Shown piece by piece: positions 1 through 10,718 of a stretch of 64,000 bases of DNA (position 1 is the first letter of the stretch; the number at the start of each line of letters is the position of its first letter). Location: the NCBI RefSeq assembly GCF_009914755.1, contig NC_060935.1; one strand, given 5' to 3'. The notes under the pieces were generated by a model. That model was not told where the DNA came from. It saw nothing but the letters and a program-made list of their open reading frames with translations, and searched no databases. A program made the position numbers and the translations under genes. Source of the stretch: the human T2T-CHM13v2.0 reference genome, Homo sapiens.

Positions 1-132
1 ACTTAAAAAATAACTTAACTCTTGGTTCAAAACTCAGTCCTTTAAATATTAATCCAACTAGACCAGTAGACCTAAATAATAAATATCCTCCTAAACCCCA
101 TCAGTCTCTCTAATTCCTTAAAAATCCTATCA
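1..132 (+). mobile_element. 3' end of an ERV LTR, probably LTR22-like (HERV-K HML-5), strongly G-depleted
   Basis: Contains CTAAATAATAAATATCCTCCT..ACCCCATC..TCTCTCT..TTCCTTAAAAATCC with AATAAA and a CA end, matching my recollection of the LTR22 3' end. Abuts L1 sequence at about 133. Confidence 0.55.
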
Positions 133-1040
133 AAACCTATCAAAGTCTCTGGAATACAGCAAAGGCACTGCTAAGAGAAAAGCTCAAAGCCTTAAATGTC
201 TACATCAAAAAGTCTGAAAGAGCAAAAATAGACAATCTATGGTCACACCTCAAGGAACTAGAGAAACAAGAACAAACCAGTCCCAAACCCAGCAGAAGAA
301 AAGAAATAACAAAGATCAGAGAATAACTAAACTAAACTGATACAAACAAATAAAACACAAACAAACAAAAAACAATACAAAAGACAAATGAAAAAAGCTG
401 GTTCTTTGAAAAGGTAAGCAAAATTGATAGGCCCTTTAGTGAGATTAACCAACAAAAGAAGAGAAAGATCCAAACAGGCTCAATTAGATATGAAACAGGA
501 GATATTACAACCTATGCCACAGAAATACAAAAGATCATTTGAGGCTACTATGAATAACTTTATGCACATAAACTAGAAAACCTAAAGGAGATGGATAAAC
601 CCCTGGAAATATACAGTCTTTCTAGATTAAACCAGGAGGAAACAGATACTCTGAACAGAGCAATAGCAAACGGTGACATTGAAATAGTAATTAAAAAGTT
701 ACCAACAAAAAAAGTCCAGAACTAGATGGATTCATAGCTGAATTCTATCAGATAATCAAAGAAGAATTGGTATCAATCCTATCGACACTATTCCACAACA
801 GAGAGAAAGAGGGAATCCTCCCTAAATCATTCAATGAAGCCAGTATCACTCTAATACCAAAACCAGGAAAGGACATAACATAAAAAGGAAACTACAGACC
901 AATATCCCTGATGAATACAGATGCCAAAATCCTTAACAAAATACTAACTAACCAAATCCAACAGCATATCAAAAAGATAATGCATCATGATCAAGTGGGT
1001 TTCATATGAGGGATGCAGGGATGATTTAACATACACACGT
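133..1040 (+). mobile_element. Old L1 ORF2 fragment (L1PB-like), interrupted by THE1
   Basis: Degenerate ORF2 sequence, e.g. GAGGGAATCCTCCCTAAATCATTC and CATGATCAAGTGGGTTTCAT, collinear with the younger L1s in this window. Confidence 0.9.
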
Positions 1041-3265
1041 TGTATTAGTCCATTCTCATGCTACTATGATGAAAGACCTAAGACTGGGTAATTTATAAAA
1101 GAAAAATAGGTTTAATTGACTCACAGTTCTGCATGGCTGGAGAGGCCTCAGGAAATTTACAATCAAGGCAGAAGGCACCTCTTCACAGGGTGGCAGGAGA
1201 GAGAATAAGTACTGAGTGAAGGGGGAAACCCCTTATAAAACCATTGGATCTTGTGAGAGCTCACTCGCTATCACAACATGGGGGAAACTGTCACGATGAT
1301 TCAATTATCTCCATCTGGTCCTGCTCTTGATATGTGACGATTATTACAATTCATGGTGAGATTTGGGTGGGGACACAGAGCCAAACCATATCATTCTGCC
1401 CCTGGCCACTCGCAAATCTCATGTCCTCACAATTTGAAACAATCACAGCCTTTCAACAATCCCCCTAAGCCTTAACTCATTCCAGCATTAACCCAAAAGT
1501 CAAAGTCCAAAGTCTTATCTGATACAAGGCAAGGACCTTCTTCCTACGAACCTGTAAAATCACAAACAAGTTAGTCACTTCCTAGATACAACAGGGGTAC
1601 AGGCATTGGATAAATACACCTGTTCCAAATGGGAGAAAATAGCTAAAACAAACGGGCCACAGGTCCCATGCAAGTTCAAAATTCAATAGGGCAGTCATTA
1701 AACCTTAAAGTTCCAAAATGATCTCCTCTGACTCCGTGTCTCACATCCAGGTTACACTGATGCAAGAGGTGGGCTCCTATGGCCTTGGGCCACTCCAGCC
1801 CTGTGGCTTTGCAGGGTACAGACCCCCACCATGGGTACTTTAGTGGGCTGGCATTGAGTGTCTGTGGCTTTTCCAGGTGCATGGTGCAAGCTGTCAATGG
1901 ATCTACCATTTTGGGGTTTGGAGGACAGTGGCCCTCTTCTCACAGCTCCACTAGGCAGTGCCCTAATGGGGACTCTGTGTGGGGGTTTCAATCCCACATT
2001 TCCCTTCTGCACTGCCCTGGCAGAAGTTCTCCATGAGAGCCCTGCCCCTGCAGCAAACTTCTGCCTGGACATACAGGTGTTTCCATACATCCTCTGAAAT
2101 CTAGGCGGAGGTTCCCAAACCAGAATTCTTGACTTCTGTGCATTCACGGACTCAACACCATGTGGAATCTGCCAAAGCTTGGGGCTTGCACCCTCTGAAG
2201 TAATGGCACAAGCTTTACCTTGACCCCTTTTAGCCATGGCTGGAGCTAAAGCAGCTGGAATGCAGGACCCCATATCCTGAGGCTGCACAGAGCAGGGGGG
2301 CCCTGGACCTGGCCCACTAAACCATTTTTTCCTTCTAGGCCTCTGGGCCTGTGATGGGAGGGACTGCCGGGAAGGTCTTGATATGCTCTGGAGATATTTT
2401 CCCCATTGTATTAGTGATTAACATTCAGTTCCTTATTACTTCTGCAAATTGCTGCAGCAGGCTTGAATTTCTCTACAGAAAATGGGTTTTTATTTTCTAC
2501 TTCATCATCAGGCTGCAAATTTTCCAAACTTTTATGCTCTGTCATATCTTGAATGCTTTGCTGCTTAGAAATTTCTTCCACCAGATATCCTAAATCATCT
2601 CTTTCAAGTTCAAAGTTCCACAGATCTCTAGGGTAGGGGCAAAAAGCTGCCAGTCTCTTTGCTAAAGCATAGCAAGAGTCACCTTTACTCCAGTTCCCAA
2701 CAAATTTCCCATCTCCATCTGAATTCACCTCAGCCAGGACTTCATTGTCCATATTACTATCAGCATTTTGATCAAAGCTATTCAACAAGTCTCTAGGAAG
2801 TTCCAAAGTTTCCCATATCTTCCTGTCTTCTGAGCTCTCCAAACTATTCCAAACTCTGCCTGTTATCCAGTTAGAAAGTTGCTTGCACATTTTCAGGTAT
2901 CTTTACAGCAGAACCCTACTTCTGGTACCAATTTACTGGTACCAGAAGTATTCGTTGATTCTCATGCTGCTGTGAAGAAATACCTGAGACTGAATAATTT
3001 ATTAAAAAAAGAGGTTTCATTGACTCACAGTTTCACATGGCTGGGGAGGCCTCAGGATACTTACAATCATGGCAGAAGGCACCTCTTCATATGGTGGCAA
3101 GAGAGAATGAGAGCCAAGTGAAAGGGAAAGCCCCTTATAAAACCCATGGTATAAAACCCAGATACCATGATAACTTACTCAATACCATGAGAACGACATG
3201 GGGGAAACTGACCCCATGATTCAATTATCTCCACCTCGTCCTGCCCTTGACACATGGGGATTATC
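1041..3265 (-). mobile_element. THE1 (ERVL-MaLR, THE1D-like) provirus: LTR 1041-1393, internal 1394-2936, truncated LTR 2937-3265
   Basis: TGTATTAGTCC...GCCAAACCATATCA LTR termini, typical THE1-int sequence and a second homologous LTR. The ORFs at 1676-3219 are decayed THE1 frames. Confidence 0.92.
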
Positions 3266-3690
3266 ACTTAAAACAGAGCTATCATTTGACCCAGCAATCC
3301 CCGTATTGGGTGTATACCCAAATAAATATAAATTGTTGTGCCATAAAGACACATGCATGCATATGTGTATCACAGCAGTATTCACAATAGTAGGGAATGG
3401 AATCAGTCCAAATGTCCATCAATGGTAGACTGGATAAAGAAAATGTAATTTAGTAGCAGGGAAACATTGAGTACACATGGACACAAAGAAGTGAACAACA
3501 GACACTGGGGCCTACTTAAGGGTGAAGGATGAGAGGAAGGTGAGGATAGAAAAGCTACCTATCATGTACTATGCTTATTACTGGAGTGATGAAATAATCT
3601 GTGCACCAAACCCCTGTGACATGCAGTTTGCCTATTTAACAAACCTGCACATATACTTTTAAGCCTAAAATAAAAGTTTAAGAAATGAAA
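3266..3690 (+). mobile_element. L1 3' end (L1PA15/16-like) with internal deletion
   Basis: CATTTGACCCAGCAATCCC ... AACAAACCTGCACAT ... CCTAAAATAAAAGTT followed by an A-rich tail. Confidence 0.85.
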
Positions 3691-3741
3691 TTTTAAAAAG
3701 AAAGTTTTTAAAGGTCTGTCATACTTGTTATCTTTAACATC

Positions 3742-6055
3742 TGTATTAGTCTATTTTCATACTGCTGCTAATAGAGACATACCCGAGGCTGGGTAATTAA
3801 CAAAGGAAAGGAGTTTTAATGGTCTCACAGTTGCACATTGCTGGTGAGGCCTCACAATCATGGTGGAAGGTGAAAGAGGAGCAAAGGCATGTCTTCCATG
3901 GTGGCAGGCAAGAAAGTATGTGCAGAACTGCCCTTTGTAAAACTATCAGATCTTGTGAGATGTATTCACTATTATGAGAATAGAATGGGAAAACCTGCCC
4001 CTATAATTCAATTACTTCCCACTGGGTCCCTCCCAGGACATGTGATATTATGGGAGCTACAATTTAAGATGAGATTTGGGTGGGGACACAGCCAAACCAT
4101 ATCATTTTGCCACAGTCCCTCTCAAATCTCATGTCCTCAAAACTCAAAACGCAAGCATGCTTTTCCAACAGTCCCCCAAAGTCTTAACTCATTTCAGCAT
4201 AATTTAAGAGTCCAACTCCAAAGTTTCATCTGAGACAAAGCAAGTCCTTTCTGCCTATGAACCTGCAAAATCAAAAGCAAGTTAGTTACTTTCTAGATAA
4301 AATGAGGGTACATGCCTTGGGTAAATACACCCATTCCAGACTGGAGACATTGGCCAAAACAAAGGGGCTACAGGCCCCATGTAAGTTCAAAATCCAGCAG
4401 AGCAGTCAAATCTTAAAGCTCCAAAATGATCTCCTTTGACGCCATGTCTCACATTCAGGTCACTCTGATGCAAGAGATGGGCTCCCACAGCCTTAGGCCA
4501 CTCTTCCTTGTGGCTTTGTGGGGTATAGCCCCCCCTCCCAGCTGCTTTCACAGGCTGGCATTGAGTGTCTGTGGCTTTCCAAGGCACATGGGTGCAAGCT
4601 GTTGGTGGATCTACCATTCTGGGGTCTGGAGGATGATAGCCCTCTTCTCATACCTCCACTAGGCTGTGCCCTAGTGGGGACTCTGTGTGGGGGCTCCAAC
4701 CCCACATTTCCCTTCTGCACTGCCCTGGCAGAGGTTCTCCATGGGGGCCCTGACCTTGCAGCAAGCTTCTGCCTGGATATCCAGGCATTTCCATACATCC
4801 TTTGAAACCTAGGTGAGGGTTCCCAAACCTCGATTCTTGACTTCTGTGCACTGCACCTGCAGGCTCCACACCACGTGGAAGCTGCTAAGGCTTGGGGCTT
4901 CCACCCTCTGAAGCCATGGCCTGAGTTGTACCTTGACCCCTTTTAGCTATGGCTGGAGCAGCTCGGATGCAGGGCACCAAGTTCCTAGGCTATGCACAGC
5001 AGGGAGGCCCTGGATCTGACCCAGAAAACCATTTTCTCCTCCTATGCCTCTGGACCTGTGATGGGAGTCCTACAGCAAAGGTCTCTGACACACCCTGGAG
5101 ACATTTTCTCCATTATCTTGGTGATTAACATTGGGCTCTTTGTTACTTATGCAAATTTCTGCAGGAGACTTGAATTTCTCCCCAGAAAATGGGTTTTTGT
5201 TTTCTGTTGCATCATCAGGCTGCAAATTTTCCAAACTTTTATGCTCTGCTTCCTCTTGAATGTTTTGCCGCTTAGAAATTTCTGCTAGGTACCCTAAACC
5301 ATCTCTTTCAAGTTCAAAGTTTCATAAATCTCTAAGGCAGGTGCAAAATGCCACCAGTCTCTTTTCTAAATTATAACAAGAGTCACCTTTGCTCCATTTC
5401 CCAACAAGTTCCTCATCTCCCTCTGAGACCACGTCAGCACTTCATTGTCCATATTACTATCAGCATTTTGGTCGAAGCCATGCAACAAGTCTCTAGAAAG
5501 TTCCAAACTTTTTCACATCTTTCTGTCTTCTGAGCCCTCCAAGTCTCTAGGAAGTTCCAAACTTTCCCATATTTTTCTATCTCCTTCTGAGCCCTCCAAA
5601 CTGTTCCAACCTCTGCCTGTTACCCAGTTCCAAAGTTACTTCTACATTTTCAGGTATATTTAAAGCAGTGCCCCACTCTACCAGTACCAATTTACTGTAT
5701 TAGTCTGTCCTCATGCTGCTAATAATGACATACCTGGGTAATTCATAAAGGAAAGGAGGTTTAATGGACTCACAATTTCACATGGCTGGGGAGGCCTCAC
5801 AATCATGGTGGAAGGTGAAGGAGGAGTAAACGCACATCTTAAATGGCAGCAGACAAGAGCGTATGTGCAGGGGAACTACCTTTTATAAAACCATCAGATC
5901 TCATGAGACTTATACACTAGCACATGAACAGCACAGAAAAACCCAATGCCATGATTCAATTGTTTCCCACTGGGTCCCTTCCATGACATGTGGGGATTAT
6001 GGGAGTTACAATTCAAAATGAGATTTGGGTGGGGACACAGTCAAACCTTATGTCA
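3742..6055 (-). mobile_element. Full-length THE1 provirus (THE1C-like): LTR 3742-4104, internal 4105-5695, LTR 5696-6055
   Basis: Two homologous LTRs with TG...CA ends flank an internal region similar to 1394-2936. Flanking 5-mers are ACATC and ATGTC. Confidence 0.93.
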
Positions 6056-7229
6056 ATGTCATAAGGTAGATTAGAGAGTTACCCATTATTCACCTTTACA
6101 GATGAGGCAATGGAGGCTCCCAAATAAATGACAAAGCAATTTGGCTGAGCTCACATAGTGACATTTGAGACATGAATTCTGGTCTTTAATGTTGCTTCCT
6201 GACCATTGCTCCATCTTTCTTTTATAACTCTGTATGATTGATGATTAATTCAGAATCTCCTGAAATTTCTCCTGAAACCTCTCCTTTGCCTGCCTCTTCA
6301 CTTTTTCTGTGAAGAAACTCGCAATGAATGATGAGAACTTGCTCCCCATGCCTATATGCACCCATTTATTTTCTCTACTGAAATATAATTTTCCAATATG
6401 TAGACCCATTTATGGACAAATAGTAAACAACTCTCCCTCTAGTTTTGGTAACTCAACCCTAAACTATTTGTAAGCTTCAGAGATAAGTGTCTGAAACTTC
6501 AAAGTAAGCTCTTTAGAGTGGAGGCCCATAAACATAACAGTCTTGTCTAATCTGAAAAGTCCAGAGAGCCCAGTTGATAGCTTGGATTGCTTTCTTTTTT
6601 AAATGATTATTTTATTATTTTGAAGTTAATCTATTTTAAAGAAGTATTTATATGAGCTAAGAGCCAAGACTTAATGTATCTAGATATCTTTCAATAAACT
6701 AGTTGAATATCTAGTAATTGTTCAATTGTTCAAAGGACCTAGGTGATTATTGGCCTGCAGGAAGGCTAGTAATTACTAGGAATTCTAGCTTACTCCTTTT
6801 CCCATCCAAGAGAAAGAAGTCCTAGAATTCCTTCAAATGATGGGAGATTAAACTAACCTAACTGATTAATGTCAATGGTAATAAAAATTTGATCTTTTAT
6901 TACAGCATAGTATCTAAGTTGGCTTTACAATGATTAATTCAGCAACAGTATTTTTCTGGCTCCAAACTCTGCATTCACAGTAGAAAGCAAAACCCAGCAA
7001 AGAGGTGAATTTGGGGAAAATACTCTGCAATGCCTTTAATTTTTTTTAATCTCAATTCCTTGGGAGATTAAAACTTATGTGATGAAATAGACTATTACAA
7101 ATGAAATCAGTATGCTCAGACATGTTGCTTTTGTGAAAAACATGGGAAAATATGAAATATGAACTAGTTAATGTGTAACTAAAAATATGAGCCTTCAGCT
7201 GAAAGAATCTGAATTTTGGAAAGGACTCA

Positions 7230-7689
7230 TGTCTTAATCAGCTCAGGCTGCTATCACAAAATATCATAGGCTTAATATAAATTTATTGTTCAAAGTACTT
7301 GGGACTGAGAAGTCCAAGATCAAGGTTCTGACAGGGTTTAGTTCCTAGCAAGGGCTCTTTTTCTGGCTTGCAGATGGCTGCCTTCTTGCTGTATCCTCCC
7401 ATGACCTTTCCTTTGTGCATAGATGTAGTGGAGGGGGAGAGAGACAGAGGGAGGAAGGGAGGGAGGGAGGGGGAGGTGGAGAGGAAGAAGGGGGGTGGGG
7501 GGAGAGAGAGAGAGAAGGAATGCCCTCTTACTTTTCTTATAAAACCACTAATACATTGAGGGACCTACCTTCATGACCTAATCTAATCCTAATTAAGTCC
7601 CAAAAGCTCCACCTCCAAATACCATCACATTGGGGGATAGGGTTTCATTATATGAATTATGGGGGGACATAAACATTCAGTTCATAACA
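7230..7689 (-). mobile_element. MLT1A-like MaLR solo LTR with internal G/A-rich tract (about 7428-7520)
   Basis: TGTCTTAATCAGCTCAGGCTGCTAT...AAGTCCAAGATCAAGG...AAACATTCAGTTCATAACA. Confidence 0.8.
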
Positions 7690-8739
7690 CTGGCATAGAT
7701 TATAAAGAGCTAACCAGATTTCCAGGAAGCATGTTTCTCTCACTTGAATGGAGATGAGGGCAGCATCTGCTACTGCTCTCCTGCTGGCTAGAAGGAAATA
7801 GATTGTGCTCATTCTGCAAAGAAAGAGTTATGCTTGCTGCACCTCAGCTTTCCAGCTCAGAGATTTGCTTCCCGGAGCCAGATGAGCCCCATGGCCTTTA
7901 GTGCCTGTCAAAAGACAGTACCTAGATCCTGACAAAGGGGCAGGAAAGCAAGGGGGAAAAGGATACCACAAAGTGAATTGTCAAGAATAAATTAAGATCT
8001 GTTGTCAGTCCCAGAACTAATTCCTAGGCTTTCTTTATCCCTGAATAAATAATAAATGACATTGATTTGTATTCTATGTAGCAACAGTCATAGTTCTACA
8101 ATTATAGCAACTTGGAAGAGCTCTCTAAAGTTTATTATTTTAACTTTTAAAAATTTTTAATCTTTTATTTTTCCAAAAGCAATTTAATACAATTGTAGTT
8201 AAACAGTTTTCCCATTTTCTACATGAAAAAAAGCCAACAATAGCATATATACTAACTAAATTTAATTTCAACTATTTTTTCAGTATATCTTATTTATGAA
8301 GAAAGGCATTGTGTATTATCTTTAGTTAGATGATTCATGCCTACGTCAGAGTAAGTCTGTTAAAGGATATTATATCCCCTTGCAGATGAATCTGCTTTGC
8401 TCTATTTTCCTCTAATGGAGCTGAGGATTCAGGTATGTTTTCCTCAGATAATACTAATTAGAAGGAAAGGTTGGAAAATAAGTATTAATCTCTCATGTTC
8501 CCAATATACTCCAGTAGATAATCTGCCTGTGATTACAAGGTAAAATCACAGTTTATTTCAAGTTCACAACTATATAAAGGATAAGGATGTAGCATAATTG
8601 CAGGGTAAAAATACTCAGCAGTGTTGGGAATCAGATCCATATAGAATGGTATAGAGCAAGCTATCTGCCTTATGAGAGAAGAAAAAGGTACAGAGTCTAT
8701 AAGCAATGATATTATTATCCACAAAAACTCTTCCTGAAT

Positions 8740-8892
8740 CAGGCATTCTCAACTCTTGGCTGCATGTTAGAATTATCTGGAAAAATCCTAATGCCCCATG
8801 CCACACCCTATCAATTAAATCTGAATATCTGGAAGTTGGGCCCAAATATTTGAGGAGCTGATTCCAATGTGCAAGTAAAGCTGAGAAACACT
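8740..8892. mobile_element. MER5-family hAT-Charlie MITE
   Basis: TTCTCAACTCTTGGCTGCATGTTAGAAT...GATTCCAATGTGCAAG..CTGAGAAACACT. Confidence 0.65.
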
Positions 8893-9477
8893 CTGCAATA
8901 GCTCCTCACTACAAGTTGCTTTTGCACCAGTCTGGCCTATTGGCACTTTTATAAATGCAAACAATGGTGGACACACTGATGGTCAAACTAAAAAGTCCCT
9001 CTGGTAAGTTTTCCTCTCAAGCTTAATCTTATGGCACAGAAGGTGAAAACGTGTTGGCGATTATCAGGGTAAGTCCACCCAAATCCTGGGATAAAGCAAT
9101 TAGTTACTTTAGGCACAAATCATAATTTCTAATAATCTGTCTGAAGTTAGAAGAATATGAAAATAACACTTAATTTTAATTCTATAACATAGCTATCAAA
9201 TTTTCTGTAGGTACTATATGGTTATTAGATTGACATTTCTGAAAATTTGTTGGAATAGCACATTTTTCTTCCAAGGAGATTTTACAGGACTTATTTATTC
9301 AACAGACATTTCATTGAGTTGTTATTATAATGTCAGCTCTTGTTCTAGGCCTTGGAAATGACATAAGGAATAAGACTAAGTCTATGTATATGGAGCTGAT
9401 ATTCAAGTTGAGCAAGATAGCAAGTCATTAGCATCCCTTGGCTTCTGCTTGGCATCTTATTCAGCCTCTTGCACAAT

Positions 9478-9650
9478 TATTCTCAAAGTTTACTGTGCAC
9501 AACAGCCACCTGGGGTACTAATTAAAATGTGGTTCTCTAGGTTCTACCCCTGAGATTCAGGCTCAGAAAGTCTAGGAGGGCATTCTAACAAGCGCCTTTG
9601 GTAATTCTCATGCAGGTGGTCCATTTATCACTTTGAGGAATACTAGTCTA
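9478..9650. mobile_element. MER5-family hAT-Charlie MITE
   Basis: TTCTCAAAGT...TTCTAACAAGC...GGTGGTCC...CACTTTGAGGAATACT. Confidence 0.6.
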
Positions 9651-9874
9651 GCATACTTGTCTGTTTCATTGACTTAGAATGAACACTATGGAATGTCAGG
9701 AGGATTACTCAGGGCTTATCTAATAGTAGAAAGATGAAATCTTAAAAGGATAACGCTTGCCATGTAGGTGAATGGCAGCTGTTGGAAATTACTTTCTTGC
9801 TTTTAGAACAGAAAATGTAACCTCTACAAGTAGGCAATCTTAGGAGAAAGTTTGACTGGCTACAGATTTGCTTA

Positions 9875-10205
9875 TATTTATCTCAAGAGAGTTATTTAAT
9901 TTACCCAGATCACCTCAAAATGTGGCTCTTTTGAGTGCAAAGGAGTGTCCAGTAAAATGTAAATCCACAATATTTCCGTGGATTTATATTTTCTTCAATT
10001 AATATGAAAATGAAGAAATAACACTGCATGTAAATCCACAATATTTCTGTGGATTTATATTTTACTGGACACTCCTTTGCACTCAAAAGAGCCACATTTT
10101 GAGGTGATCTGGGTAATTTAAATAACTATCTTGAGATAAATAAAATATAAATAATGAATTTATATTTTACTGGACACTCCTTTGCACTCAAAAGAGCCAG
10201 ATTTT
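9875..10205. repeat. Complex inverted repeat: 95-bp arms 9875-9969 and 10048-10142, plus a partial third copy at 10158-10205
   Basis: Arms are reverse complements with 3 mismatches, read directly from the sequence; spacer is 78 nt. Confidence 0.95.
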
Positions 10206-10638
10206 GGTGCTTTTGGATTTAAGTTTAAGTTTGGATTTAGCCCCAAAGCACACAATATGAGAAGGGCAGGAGTTAGTATGGGCCTGGGAGGTTATACTTA
10301 AAAGCCTTTGTAATTTTAATGACAATTAGGTCAGTTCATCTTGCTAGACTTTACTCAATCAAAGTTTGATTAGATGATTTCCTAGGTTTCATATAAGTAA
10401 GAATGCCTTGTGAAGGGTCAACCCAAATCTGCAGATTATGTCTAGCTAAAAATTTTTAAAAAAATGTTTTTCTCAGAGTTCCAATCTTGCATGTTTATCC
10501 ATGTTTTCCGTATGCACACATATGGCAACAGAAGGAAGTTTGAAGTGACAACAGACATTACCAAAACAATCTACAGTCAATCATTAGTAGAACTTGTAAA
10601 ATTGGTCACTTACTCAATTGAACAACCTATTCCCTACA

Positions 10639-10718
10639 AGGGTGGCCAACTGCCCTGGTTTGTCTGAAACTCAGGGATTATACGGAATGTGCTAAAACCA
10701 GGAAGAGCTGGTCACCCT
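10639..10718. mobile_element. Short hAT-Blackjack MITE (MER94/MER81-like)
   Basis: Terminal inverted repeats AGGGTGGCCAACT / AGCTGGTCACCCT. Confidence 0.6.

Noticed and set aside
5488-5600. ~54-bp tandem duplication in the second THE1 internal region
   Set aside because: I recall this duplication as a common THE1/MST-int variant, so it is probably inherited rather than locus-specific.
1676-5663. Many overlapping 60-180 aa ORFs
   Set aside because: All lie in THE1 LTR or internal sequence and recur between the two copies; no recognisable cellular domain.
9875-10205. CRISPR-like array or named miRNA
   Set aside because: Eukaryotic context, no regular repeat-spacer period, and I do not recognise a known mature miRNA. 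Kept only as a hairpin finding.
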